From: Chromatiales bacterium | Lineage (GTDB): Bacteria; Pseudomonadota; Gammaproteobacteria; Steroidobacterales; GCA-2729495 | Assembly: GCA_016789885.1 (NCBI GenBank) | Contig: JAEUPZ010000027.1 | Coordinates: 98 to 64,097 of the forward strand | Direction of reading: 5' to 3' | DNA: 64,000 bases | Part shown: piece after piece, positions 52,569-62,007 of the stretch | Numbering within the stretch: the first letter of the stretch is position 1 | How the letters are laid out: every line of letters starts with the position of its first letter | Translations under genes and position numbers: made by a program | Notes under the pieces: generated by a model | The model's database searches: none | Seen by the model: only the letters and a program-made list of their open reading frames with translations | What the model was told of the DNA's origin: nothing

Positions 52569-54209
52569 ATGAGTGAGCTGACCGAAACCTCGGCACCCCC
52601 CAGCACCAGCACCCCCGGCTCGAGCCCGTGGCTCATGCCGGCCCTCGCGGTGACGGCCATCGCCGTCGTCGCCCTGGTGCTGCTCTTCCGCGACGGCATC
52701 GACCACATGATGGGTCGCTGGAACACCGACGAATACAACCACGGGCCGCTGATTCCCATCATCGCCCTCTACCTGCTGTGGCTGCGGGCCAAGGAGATGT
52801 CGGCCGCCGACCTCAAGGCCTCGTGGCTGGGCGTGGCCGGCGTGGGGCTTGCCATCGGCGTGCTGCTGCTCGGCACGCTGAGCTCCGTCTACACCATCAC
52901 CCAGTACGGACTGCTGGTGGGCATCGGCGCCCTGGCCGTGGCGGCCACGGGGCTGCGGGGCCTGAAGTGGCTGTGGGTGCCACTGGTCTACCTGATCTTC
53001 ATGGTGCCGCTGCCGAACTTCATCGAGAACCGGCTGACGGCGGGGCTGCAGCTCATCTCGTCGGACCTCGGCGTCGCCGTGATCCGCGCCGCGGGCTACA
53101 GCGTGTACCTCGAAGGCAACGTCATCGACCTCGGCAACTACAAGCTGCAGGTGGCCGAGGCCTGCAGCGGCATGCGCTACCTCTTCCCGCTGATGAGCTT
53201 CGGCTTCCTCTGCGCGGTGCTCTTCCGCGGGCGCTGGTGGCAGCGGGCCATCATCCTCGTCTCGACCGTGCCCATCACGATCCTGATGAACAGCTTCCGC
53301 ATCGGGGTCATCGGCATCCTGGTCAACAACTTCGGCATCGAGCAGGCCGAGGGCTTCATCCACGACTTCGAGGGCTGGGTCGTGTTCATGGCCTGCGTGG
53401 CCATCCTGTTCCTCGAGATCTGGGTGTTCTCGCGCATGGAGAAGCGGCGGTTCAGCGAGGCCTTCGGCCTCGACATCCCGCCGCTGTCGGACCTGACGGG
53501 CCTGCTGGGCAAGGCGAAGCCGGCGCTGCCGGTCATCGTCTCGGTGGGTGTGCTGGCGGTGGCGGCGGCCCTCTCTTTCGTCGTCAGCCGGCCCGAGCAG
53601 ATCTACCCCGAGCGTGAGCGCCTGAGTCTCTTCCCGCTGGCCATCGGCGACTGGCGCGGCCGCGAGGGTTTCGTCGAGCAGATCTACCTCGACCAGCTCA
53701 AGCTGAGCGACTACCTGATCGCGTACTACGGCAGGCCCGCTGACCGTTCGCCGGTGGAGCTCTGGATCGCCTACTACGACGAGCAGGTGTCGGGTGCCTC
53801 GGTGCACTCGCCCAAGTCGTGCCTGCCGGGCGGCGGCTGGGAGATCGAGAAGATGGCGGAGGTCACCATCGACAACGTCGGCCCGGCCGGCGAGCCGCTC
53901 ACGGTGAACCGGGCCGTCATCAGCCTCGGCGACGTCTCGCAGGTGGTCTACTACTGGTTCGACCAGCGCGGCCGCGACATCACCAACGAGTTCGCGGTCA
54001 AGTGGTACATCTTCCAGGATGGCCTGCAGATGCGCCGCACCGACGGCGCCCTGGTGCGGCTGTCGACCATGGTCGAGGACCGCAGCCAACTCGACCAGGC
54101 CGACGCCCGCCTGCAGGACTTCATCCGCACCATCGACCCGCGCCTGGCCTACCACCTGCCCGGCAAGGACGCAGCCCCGCGGCAGGCTGCCGCCTTCGGA
54201 GCCAACTGA
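52569..54209 (+). CDS. exosortase fused to an EpsI-family domain (XrtD/XrtA-type)
   Basis: 546 aa. Polytopic N-terminal half carries the exosortase catalytic strings AEACSGMRYL (Cys), NSFRIG (Arg) and HDFEGW (His). The C-terminal periplasmic half has the EpsI-type HSPKSCLPGGGW. Confidence 0.85.
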   Translation: MSELTETSAPPSTSTPGSSPWLMPALAVTAIAVVALVLLFRDGIDHMMGRWNTDEYNHGPLIPIIALYLLWLRAKEMSAADLKASWLGVAGVGLAIGVLLLGTLSSVYTITQYGLLVGIGALAVAATGLRGLKWLWVPLVYLIFMVPLPNFIENRLTAGLQLISSDLGVAVIRAAGYSVYLEGNVIDLGNYKLQVAEACSGMRYLFPLMSFGFLCAVLFRGRWWQRAIILVSTVPITILMNSFRIGVIGILVNNFGIEQAEGFIHDFEGWVVFMACVAILFLEIWVFSRMEKRRFSEAFGLDIPPLSDLTGLLGKAKPALPVIVSVGVLAVAAALSFVVSRPEQIYPERERLSLFPLAIGDWRGREGFVEQIYLDQLKLSDYLIAYYGRPADRSPVELWIAYYDEQVSGASVHSPKSCLPGGGWEIEKMAEVTIDNVGPAGEPLTVNRAVISLGDVSQVVYYWFDQRGRDITNEFAVKWYIFQDGLQMRRTDGALVRLSTMVEDRSQLDQADARLQDFIRTIDPRLAYHLPGKDAAPRQAAAFGAN

Positions 54210-54211
54210 CC

Positions 54212-55363
54212 ATGCCCGCCATCGTCCATCTCATCGCCGCCGCCCGCCCCAACTTCATGAAGGTGGCGCCCCTCTGGCACGCGCTGTCGGCCGACCCGGC
54301 CTTCGACGTGCGGCTCGTGCACACGGGCCAGCACTACGACCCGAACATGTCCGACGCGTTCTTCCGCGACCTCGGGCTGCCGGAGCCGGACCACCACCTC
54401 GGCGTCGGCAGCGGCAGCCACGCCGAGCAGACGGCGAAGGTGATGCTGGCCTACGAGCCGGTGGCCATTGCCGAGCGGCCGGCCTTCACCATCGTCGTCG
54501 GCGACGTCAACTCGACGGCTGCCTGCGCCATGGTCTGCGCCAAGCTGCTGGTCCCGGTGGTGCACCTCGAGGCCGGGCTGCGCAGCTTCGACCGCACCAT
54601 GCCCGAGGAGACCAACCGCCTCGTCACCGACGTGCTGGCGGACCTGCTGTGGACACCGTCGCCGGACGCCGACGAGAACCTGCGCCGCGAGGGCATTCCC
54701 GAGACCCGCGTCGAGCGCGTCGGCAACATCATGATCGACTCCTACGAACTGCAGCGCCCGGCCATCGAGGCCGACGGCACCTACCAGCGCCTGGGGCTGG
54801 CGGCCCGCCAGTACGGCGTCGTCACGCTGCACCGGCCGTCGAACGTCGACGACCGCGACACCCTGGCCGGCCTCGTTGCGCAGCTCGTTGCCATCTCGGC
54901 GCGGCTGCCGCTGGTCTTCCCGGTGCACCCGCGCACCCGCAAGCAGCTGAACACCTTCGGCCTGTGGGACACCCTGGCCGCGGCGCCGGGGCTGCGGCTC
55001 TCGGAGCCCGCCGGCTACGTGCAGTTCATGAACCTGGTGAGCCACGCCGGCCTCGTCATCACCGACTCGGGCGGCGTGCAGGAGGAAACCACCTACCTCG
55101 ACATCCCGTGCCTGACGGTGCGGCCCAATACCGAGCGGCCCATCACCGTGACCGAGGGTACGAACCGCCTGATCCGGCCGGCCGACCTGCAGGCCGCCGT
55201 AGACCGTGCCCTCAAGGGCGAGTGGCCCCGGGGCCGGCGCCCGGCGCTCTGGGATGGCCGTACCGCCGCCCGCTGCGTCGAAAGCCTGCGGGCGCGCCTG
55301 CCCGGTGGCGGGCTGCCGGCAGCGCGCTCCGTGGCGCGGGCCGGTGCCGTCGTCACCCCGTAA
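54212..55363 (+). CDS. wecB: UDP-N-acetylglucosamine 2-epimerase (non-hydrolysing)
   Basis: Starts 2 nt after the exosortase stop. RPNFMKVAPL, HTGQHYD, VGDVNST, HLEAGLRSFDRTMPEETNR, DSGGVQEE. Confidence 0.9.
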   Translation: MPAIVHLIAAARPNFMKVAPLWHALSADPAFDVRLVHTGQHYDPNMSDAFFRDLGLPEPDHHLGVGSGSHAEQTAKVMLAYEPVAIAERPAFTIVVGDVNSTAACAMVCAKLLVPVVHLEAGLRSFDRTMPEETNRLVTDVLADLLWTPSPDADENLRREGIPETRVERVGNIMIDSYELQRPAIEADGTYQRLGLAARQYGVVTLHRPSNVDDRDTLAGLVAQLVAISARLPLVFPVHPRTRKQLNTFGLWDTLAAAPGLRLSEPAGYVQFMNLVSHAGLVITDSGGVQEETTYLDIPCLTVRPNTERPITVTEGTNRLIRPADLQAAVDRALKGEWPRGRRPALWDGRTAARCVESLRARLPGGGLPAARSVARAGAVVTP

Positions 55364-55443
55364 CCCGCGCCTGATCAGATACGGACATCGATCGACCAGG
55401 TCCCGGATGAGCCCGGGACCGCCGAGAACCGAAGGAGCCTGCC

Positions 55444-57822
55444 GTGAAGTCACTGCCCCGTAGCCTCGCCATCGCCGTGCTGGCCGCCACCCTCGTGGCC
55501 TGCGGCACGCCCGAAGAGCGCGCCGCCAAGTACGTCACCACCGCGCAGTCGCTGTTCGACGCGGGCGAGTTCACCAAGGCCAAGCTCGAGGCGCAGAACG
55601 CCGCGCAGATCAATCCGAAGGACGCCAAGGCCCGCTACCTGCTGGCGCAGATCGCCGAGAAGCAGGAGGAGTACCAGGCCATGTTCGGCCACCTCATGGT
55701 GGCCGTCGACGAGGACCCGACGCTGCTCGAGGCGCGCCTGAAGCTCGGCACGTTGTACTTCCTGGGCCAGGCGTGGGATGAGGCTGCCAAGCAGGCGGCC
55801 GTGCTCATGGAGCAGGCGCCGAACGACGCCCGCGTGCGGCTGCTCAACGCCCGCGTGCTCATCCAGAAGGGCGAGCAGCAGGCGGGCATCGCCGAAATCG
55901 ACGAGGCCATCAAGCTCGACCCGGACAACGTCGAGGGCATCCTGCTGCAGTCCTCGGCCATGGCCATCGAGAACCTCGACAAGGCGCTCTCCAACATCGA
56001 CACCGCCATCGCGCGGCTGCCGGCCGACAAGGTGCGCCCGCTGCGCGAGCTGCGCGTGGTCATGCTCTCCCAGGGCAAGCGCACGGCCGAGGTCGAAACC
56101 GACCTCGCGGCGCTGGCCCGGGATTTCCCGCAGGAAGACTCGTACCAGTTCCAGCTGGCGCGCTTCTACACCAGCCAGGGCCGCGTCGACGAGGCCGAGA
56201 AGCTGCTGAAGCAGGTGGCCGAACTCGACACGGCCGACAGTACCCGGCGTCTTGGCTACGTGCAGTTCCTGGCCACGACCAAGGACGCCGAACAGGCCGC
56301 GGCGGCGCTCAAGACCTTCATCGAGCGGTCGCCCGACGACCTCAAGCTGAAGCTGGCCCTGGCCGAGCTTTACGAGGTGACGAAGAAGCCCGACCTCGCC
56401 ATGGCGGCCTACCAGCAGGCCGCCGACCAGGCGCCGAAGTCGCCCGAGGGCTACATCGCCCGCAACCGCATCGCCACGCTCAACATCCAGCAGGGCAAGA
56501 CGGAGGAGGGCAAGGCCCTGATCGACGCCGTCCTGAAGGATGCCCCGGACGATCCTACGGCGCTGCTGCTGCGCGCCGCCGTGCGCTTCACCGAGAAGCA
56601 GTACGGCGACGCCATCGCCGACCTGCGCCTCGTGCTGCGCAAGGACGACAAGAACGCCAAGGCCCTGCTGCTGATGGCCCAGGCCTACATGCAGACCGGC
56701 GACACGGTGCTGGCGAAGGACGCCTACCGCCGCCTGCTCGACATCGAGCCCAACAATGGCGATGCCCTGCAGCAGCTCGCCATCGTGCTGGCCATCGAGA
56801 AGGATTTCGCCGGCGCCGAGGACCTGCTGCGCAAGCACCTGGCGCAGCAGCCCGACGACGTGCTGGCCTCGGGCCGGCTCGTCGAGGTGCTGCTGGCCCA
56901 GCAGAAGGTCAGCGACGCCGAGGCCGAGGCCCGCCGCATGGCGGAGTTGCAGAACGACGCCGGTGTCGGCGACTTCCAGCTGGCCCGGGTGCTCGCGACC
57001 AAGAAGGACTTCGCGGGGGCCGCCGAGGCCTTCCGCAAGTCTGCCGCCAGCCGGGCCGATGACCCGCTGCCGCTGCAGGGACTGGTGCAGTCGCTGGTGG
57101 CCCAGGGCAAGACCAGCGAGGCCCTCAGCGTGCTCAACAGCCGCGTGGCCGAGAAGCAGGACGACCTGTTCGCGAAGTTCCTGCTGGCCGGCGTCTATGG
57201 CCGCTCGGGCGACGTGAAGAACGCCGAGCGCTACCTCGAGGAGGTCATCAAGGCCAAGCCCGACGCCGTCGTCGCCTACGTCTCGCTGGCGGGCCTCTAC
57301 CCGAAGGACCGCGACGCCCGCATAAAGGTGCTGCAGCGGGGTCTTGCCGCGATCCCGGGCAGCCCCGAGCTCAGCATGCTGCTCGGTACGGAGTTCGAGC
57401 AGACCGACCGCCACGAAGAGGCCATCAGCGTGTACGAGGCGCTGGTCAAGGCGAACCCCGCCTACGAGCCGGGCGTGAACAACCTCGCGGCGTCGCTGCT
57501 CGACAACCGCACCGACCAGGCCAGCTGGGCCCGCGCGCTGGAGCTGGCCAGGCCCCTCGAGAAGACCGGCAACCCGGCCATGCTCGACACCCTCGGCTGG
57601 GCCTTCTACCGCAACAACAACGCCACCCGGGCCGTGGCCGTGCTCGAGCAGGCGGTGGCCAAGGCTCCGCAGGTGCCGGTCTTCCGCTACCACCTCGGCA
57701 TGGCCTACATCCAGGCCGGCAACCCGGTGGGCGCTAAGCAGGAGCTGCAGGCGGCCGTGAAGCCCGAGAACAAGGACTGGCCGGGCCGGTCCGACGCCGT
57801 CACCGCGCTGGCCAAGCTCTAG
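55444..57822 (+). CDS. PrsT-like TPR-repeat lipoprotein, copy 2
   Basis: GTG start. Lipobox LVACG. 792 aa of TPR repeats. C-terminal block TLGWAFYRNNN..RAV..LEQAV...P..P.FRYHLGMAY parallels copy 1. Confidence 0.8.
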   Translation: MKSLPRSLAIAVLAATLVACGTPEERAAKYVTTAQSLFDAGEFTKAKLEAQNAAQINPKDAKARYLLAQIAEKQEEYQAMFGHLMVAVDEDPTLLEARLKLGTLYFLGQAWDEAAKQAAVLMEQAPNDARVRLLNARVLIQKGEQQAGIAEIDEAIKLDPDNVEGILLQSSAMAIENLDKALSNIDTAIARLPADKVRPLRELRVVMLSQGKRTAEVETDLAALARDFPQEDSYQFQLARFYTSQGRVDEAEKLLKQVAELDTADSTRRLGYVQFLATTKDAEQAAAALKTFIERSPDDLKLKLALAELYEVTKKPDLAMAAYQQAADQAPKSPEGYIARNRIATLNIQQGKTEEGKALIDAVLKDAPDDPTALLLRAAVRFTEKQYGDAIADLRLVLRKDDKNAKALLLMAQAYMQTGDTVLAKDAYRRLLDIEPNNGDALQQLAIVLAIEKDFAGAEDLLRKHLAQQPDDVLASGRLVEVLLAQQKVSDAEAEARRMAELQNDAGVGDFQLARVLATKKDFAGAAEAFRKSAASRADDPLPLQGLVQSLVAQGKTSEALSVLNSRVAEKQDDLFAKFLLAGVYGRSGDVKNAERYLEEVIKAKPDAVVAYVSLAGLYPKDRDARIKVLQRGLAAIPGSPELSMLLGTEFEQTDRHEEAISVYEALVKANPAYEPGVNNLAASLLDNRTDQASWARALELARPLEKTGNPAMLDTLGWAFYRNNNATRAVAVLEQAVAKAPQVPVFRYHLGMAYIQAGNPVGAKQELQAAVKPENKDWPGRSDAVTALAKL

Positions 57823-57826
57823 GCAA

Positions 57827-57928
57827 AATCCGGGGACAGTTTCCTGATTTCGCCGCCGCAGCCCGGGAGTCGGCGCATGGTCCGCGGATGAGGCCGCCGG
57901 CCGGAAATCAGTAAACTGTCCCCGGATT
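57827..57928. repeat. long inverted repeat: 25-nt arms (24/25 complementary), 52-nt GC-rich spacer
   Basis: AATCCGGGGACAGTTTCCTGATTTC (57827-57851) and GAAATCAGTAAACTGTCCCCGGATT (57904-57928). The left arm begins 5 nt after the PrsT-like copy 2 stop. Confidence 0.8.
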
Positions 57929-58107
57929 CCGGACGTGCGCCGCGCAGCAGCGGGCTACAAAACCGCTGCCGCGTGGCGCAAAATGCCGGTCTTCTGACCA
58001 CTGCGCGCAGTCGCCCCGTGCCGGCCACCGGCCGGGGCTTCCGTTTCGTGGGGTCCCCCGAAGTTGCGGCCGCCGGGCGTGGCCGCGCAGCCACGGAGTT
58101 GTGCCCC

Positions 58108-59301
58108 ATGCCAGGACCGCTTGCGGGTGTCCGCATCCTTGAACTGACCGCCGTCGTGCTGGGCCCCTGGGCCTGCCAGATGCTGGCCGACATGGGCGCC
58201 GAGGTGATCAAGGTCGAGCCGCCCCGGGGCGACAGCAACCGCACGCTCGGCGCCTACCGCAACCCCAACATGTCGGCGCTGTACCTGACCTGCAACCGCA
58301 ACAAGCGGAGCATCGTCCTCGACCTCAAGCAGCCGGCGGCCCGCGACGTCATCCTGCAGCTCGTCAAGGACGTCGACGTCGTCATCCACAACAACCGTCC
58401 CCAGGTCATGACCAAGCTCGGCATCGACTACGCGGTGCTGAAGCAGGTCAACCCGAAGCTCATCTACTGCGGCACCTACGGCTACAGCAAGGATGGCCCC
58501 TACGGCGACCGCGGCGCCCTCGACGACTCCATCCAGGCCGTCAGTGGCATCGCCATGCTCAACGAGATGGTGCTCGGCGAGCCGCGCTACCTGCCGACGG
58601 TGGTCTGCGACAAGACCACGGCCATGCAGGTGGTCAACGCCGTGACCGCCGCGCTCTTCCACCGCGAGCGCAGCGGGCAGGGGCAGGAGATCGAGGTCCC
58701 CATGTTCGAGACGATGGTGTACTACACCATGGCCGAGCACCTGTGGGGCATGACCTTCGAGCCGCCCATCGGCGGCCCCGGCTACACGCGGCTCATGAGC
58801 TACCACCGCAAGCCCTACAAGACGCAGGACGGCTACATCGCCATCCTGCCGTACCTCGACGCCCACTGGGAGCAGTTCTGCAAGCTCTCGGGCCGCACCG
58901 AACTGCTGGAAGACCCGCGCTTCAAGACGCTATCCGACCGCGTCACCAACATCGACGACACGTACCAGGAAACGGCGAAGACCATGGCCACCCGCACCAC
59001 CGGCGAGTGGCTCGACATCTTCGGCAAGTCGAGCGTGCCCACCATCGTGGTGAACACGCTGGCCGGGCTCAAGGACGACCCGCACCTGAAGGCCGTCGGC
59101 TTCTGGCAGGAGGTGGACCATCCGACCGAGGGGCGCCTGCGCATGACGAAGTTCCCGGTGAACTTCTCGGCGACGCCGGCCGACGTGCGCCGCCTGCAGC
59201 CCCGGCTCGGCGAGCACACCACCGAGGTGCTGCAAGAGGCCGGCTTCGGCCAGTCGACCATCGACGGGCTGCTGAAGACCGGCGCGGCCCGGCAGGGGTG
59301 A
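58108..59301 (+). CDS. family III CoA-transferase (CaiB/BaiF type)
   Basis: Start MPGPLAGVRILELTAVVLGPWACQMLADMGAEVIKVE. NRNKRS, and the conserved Asp context GALDD. Confidence 0.9.
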   Translation: MPGPLAGVRILELTAVVLGPWACQMLADMGAEVIKVEPPRGDSNRTLGAYRNPNMSALYLTCNRNKRSIVLDLKQPAARDVILQLVKDVDVVIHNNRPQVMTKLGIDYAVLKQVNPKLIYCGTYGYSKDGPYGDRGALDDSIQAVSGIAMLNEMVLGEPRYLPTVVCDKTTAMQVVNAVTAALFHRERSGQGQEIEVPMFETMVYYTMAEHLWGMTFEPPIGGPGYTRLMSYHRKPYKTQDGYIAILPYLDAHWEQFCKLSGRTELLEDPRFKTLSDRVTNIDDTYQETAKTMATRTTGEWLDIFGKSSVPTIVVNTLAGLKDDPHLKAVGFWQEVDHPTEGRLRMTKFPVNFSATPADVRRLQPRLGEHTTEVLQEAGFGQSTIDGLLKTGAARQG

Positions 59302-59303
59302 CG

Positions 59304-59825
59304 ATGGCGGTGGCGCGCCTGCTGCTGCCGGCCCTCCTGGCGGCGCTTTGCCTGGGCCTGGACCCGCTGCCGGCGAGTGCCGCCCAGCGCGATCCGCAGG
59401 TCATCCTCGGCCGCCTCGAGTGGATCACCGTCCGTCCCGGTGACCGGCCCCAGAAGGCCCGCATCGACACCGGCGCCGGCCTCACGTCCATCGACGCCCG
59501 TGGCCTGAAGGTCGAGCCCGCCGCCGACGGCCAGCCCGAGCGCGCCACCTTCCGCCTGCGGGGCCAGCGCAAGGGCACGCCGTCCATCACCGCCGACGTG
59601 GTCGGCTGGGTCGAGATCAAGGGCAAGGGCACGAAGCGGATGATCCGCCGGCCCGTCATCGCCATGCAGCTCTGCATCGGCAACCGCTGGCTCGACGCCC
59701 GCGTCAACCTCGCCGACCGCTCGGGTTTTCTCTACCCGCTGCTGATCGGGCGCGATACGCTCATCGCCGGGAACTTCCTCGTCGATCCTGCAGCGCTCTA
59801 CCTCGAGCCTGCCCGCTGCGAGTAG
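59304..59825 (+). CDS. retropepsin-like / ATP-dependent zinc protease family (DUF785) secreted protein
   Basis: Signal peptide. KARIDTGAGLTSIDA and LADRSGFLYPLLIGRDTL..NFLVDP signatures. Confidence 0.75.
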   Translation: MAVARLLLPALLAALCLGLDPLPASAAQRDPQVILGRLEWITVRPGDRPQKARIDTGAGLTSIDARGLKVEPAADGQPERATFRLRGQRKGTPSITADVVGWVEIKGKGTKRMIRRPVIAMQLCIGNRWLDARVNLADRSGFLYPLLIGRDTLIAGNFLVDPAALYLEPARCE

Positions 59826-59882
59826 GTCCGGGCGCCTTTGCCCGGACCGCTGTTTCTCCCACTGATGCGGAGTCAATGATCC

Positions 59883-61181
59883 ATGGACGTGCTGTTCATC
59901 GCAGTCCTGATCCTCGCCAACGGCGCCTTCGCCATGTCGGAGCTGGCCCTCGTGTCGGCCCGCAAGGGGCGGCTGCGCAAGCTGGCCGACGCCGGCGACC
60001 GCGGTGCGCGGCTCGCCATCCGGCTGGGCGACGACCCGACGCGGTTCATGTCGGCGATCCAGATCGGCATCACCTCCATCGGCGTGCTGTCGGGGATCAT
60101 CGGCGAGGCCGTGCTGGCCGAGCCCTTCTCCGTCTGGCTCGAGGCCCGCGGCGTGTCGCCCCGCGTCGCGGAGCTTGCGAGCACGGCGGCCGTGGTCATC
60201 GGGCTCACCTATCTCACCATCGTCTTCGGCGAGCTGGTGCCGAAGCGCTTCGGCCAGCTGAGGCCCGAGCCCGTGGCCCGGGTCGTCGCGCTGCCCATCG
60301 AGGCCATCGCGATCATCACCAAGCCGTTCGTGCGCCTGCTGTCGGTCTCGACGGACCTGGTGCTGCGGCTGCTGCCCGGCAAGTCGGCGAGCCAGCCGGA
60401 ACTCATCGCCGAGGAGATCCAGGCACTGCTCGAGGAGGGCCACCACGCCGGCGTCATCGACTCGCAGGAGCGCGCCATGGTGCGCAACGTCTTCCGCCTC
60501 GATGAGCGCCTGGCGGGGTCGCTGATGACGCCCCGCTCGGACATCGTCGTGCTCGACGCCGACGAGCCCGATGCCGAGAACCTGCGGCGGGTGGTGGAGT
60601 CGGGCCACGCGTGGTTCCCGGTGGTGCGGGGCGGCCCCGACGACGTGATCGGCCTCGTCAGCACGACGGCGCTGCTCGGCCGGGTCGCGCGCCAGCAGCC
60701 GCTCGAACTCGCCGGCGCCGGCCTGCACGCGCCGGTGTTCGTGCCCGAGGCGCTGACCGGTGCCGAGCTGCTGGATACATTCCGCGAGGCCCACGCGCCG
60801 CTCGTGCTCGTCGTCGACGAGTACGGCCAGGTCGAGGGACTGGTGACGCTGCAGAGCGTGCTCGAGGCCCTGACCGGCGAGCTGCCGTCGGGCCGTCCCG
60901 ACGAGGCCTGGGCCGTGCAGCGCGCCGACGGCTCGTGGCTGCTGGACGGGCTGATCCCGGTGCCCGAGCTGAAGGACCGCCTCGCCCTGCCGGCGCTGCC
61001 GGAGGAGGACTCCGGCGACTACCACACCCTCGGCGGCCTGCTGATGCTGCTGTTCGGGCGGCTGCCGCGGACGGCGGACCGGACGGAGTGGGGGGGGTGG
61101 AGTTTCGAGATCGTGGACATGGATGGGAACCGGATCGACAAGGTGCTGGCGTCGAGGCTGCCGGCGCCTGGGGACGGCTGA
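59883..61181 (+). CDS. CNNM/DUF21-CBS-CorC_HlyC (hemolysin-family) membrane protein
   Basis: 432 aa. N-terminal DUF21 TM region (NGAFAMSELALVSARK), a CBS pair, and the C-terminal transporter-associated domain. Confidence 0.9.
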   Translation: MDVLFIAVLILANGAFAMSELALVSARKGRLRKLADAGDRGARLAIRLGDDPTRFMSAIQIGITSIGVLSGIIGEAVLAEPFSVWLEARGVSPRVAELASTAAVVIGLTYLTIVFGELVPKRFGQLRPEPVARVVALPIEAIAIITKPFVRLLSVSTDLVLRLLPGKSASQPELIAEEIQALLEEGHHAGVIDSQERAMVRNVFRLDERLAGSLMTPRSDIVVLDADEPDAENLRRVVESGHAWFPVVRGGPDDVIGLVSTTALLGRVARQQPLELAGAGLHAPVFVPEALTGAELLDTFREAHAPLVLVVDEYGQVEGLVTLQSVLEALTGELPSGRPDEAWAVQRADGSWLLDGLIPVPELKDRLALPALPEEDSGDYHTLGGLLMLLFGRLPRTADRTEWGGWSFEIVDMDGNRIDKVLASRLPAPGDG

Positions 61182-61393
61182 GAGGTCAGTCGGCTGCTAC
61201 TTGCCGGTAGTACGCGCCCGGGTGGTGACCTGCAGCCGCGCCTGCGCGGCTCCCGCGATATTCCCCGCTCGTCGCGAACGCTCCTCGGGGGAAATCGCTG
61301 CGCCGCTGCGGCGCGGGCCTGACGTTGTGGCCGGGCGCTGGGTTGGTCGACGCGCTGTCCGTCCGGTTCGAGGATATGGGCAAGGGCGAGGGA

Positions 61394-61657
61394 CTACTTG
61401 TAGATGTCCTTGCGGTCACCGACTTTGAAGATCGTGATCTCGCGGCGGTCGTCGTCGATCAGGTAGACGACGCGGAAGTTGCCTTGCCGGAGACGATAGC
61501 GGTCGCTGTAGCCCGTCAGCTTGCCGGCGCCGGGTGGGCGCGGGTTCAGGGCGAGTCCGGCGATCTTCTCGACCAGGCGTTGGCGGTCTTGCTTGCTGCC
61601 GAGCGTCGACAGTTCCTTGCCGGCCGCCGGTTTGATGAGAACCTTATAGACGCCCAC
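61394..61657 (-). CDS. type II toxin, RelE/ParE family
   Basis: GTG start overlapping the antitoxin gene by 14 nt. 87 aa. YRLRQGNFRVVYLIDDDRREITIFKVGDRKDIYK. Confidence 0.75.
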   Translation of the reverse strand: MGVYKVLIKPAAGKELSTLGSKQDRQRLVEKIAGLALNPRPPGAGKLTGYSDRYRLRQGNFRVVYLIDDDRREITIFKVGDRKDIYK

Positions 61658-61874
61658 GACGCTTGAGGTCCCGCACGAAGGTCTCGAAAGACACGCTTCG
61701 CTCGGAGCGCCGTTCGTCGAAAGCGGCGAGGTCCTCAGCGTCTTCGGCCAGCGCAAGGCGCACGGCCTCGTTCACGAAGTCGGATACGGTCTGGTCACCC
61801 GCAGCCGCGCGCAGCCGCAGGGCCCGGTGGACATCGGGCTCGAAATAAACAGTGGAACGCTTGGTTTCTGACAT
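61644..61874 (-). CDS. type II antitoxin, ribbon-helix-helix (CopG-like)
   Basis: 76 aa. KRSTVYFEPDVHRALRLRAAAGDQTVSDFVNEAVRLAL is an RHH fold signature. Confidence 0.7.
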   Translation of the reverse strand: MSETKRSTVYFEPDVHRALRLRAAAGDQTVSDFVNEAVRLALAEDAEDLAAFDERRSERSVSFETFVRDLKRRGRL

Positions 61875-61887
61875 GAAGCCAGTCTGA

Positions 61888-61928
61888 CGTCAAGGCGTCA
61901 AGGCGTCAATGAGGCATCTGTGTCAAGC
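61888..61928. promoter_or_regulatory. tandem 8-nt repeats (C/T)GTCAA(G/T)(G/C), operator candidate for the RHH antitoxin
   Basis: CGTCAAGG at 61888, CGTCAAGG at 61896, CGTCAATG at 61904, TGTCAAGC at 61921. They lie immediately upstream (minus-strand sense) of the antitoxin ATG. Each unit reads TTGAC on the coding strand. Confidence 0.5.
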
Positions 61929-62007
61929 GCCCGGCTTCAGCGTGCCGGACGACGGGATGAACTCGCCGCGTCGGCGCGGGCTGGACGCCGTGGCGGGGCG
62001 CTGCGTT

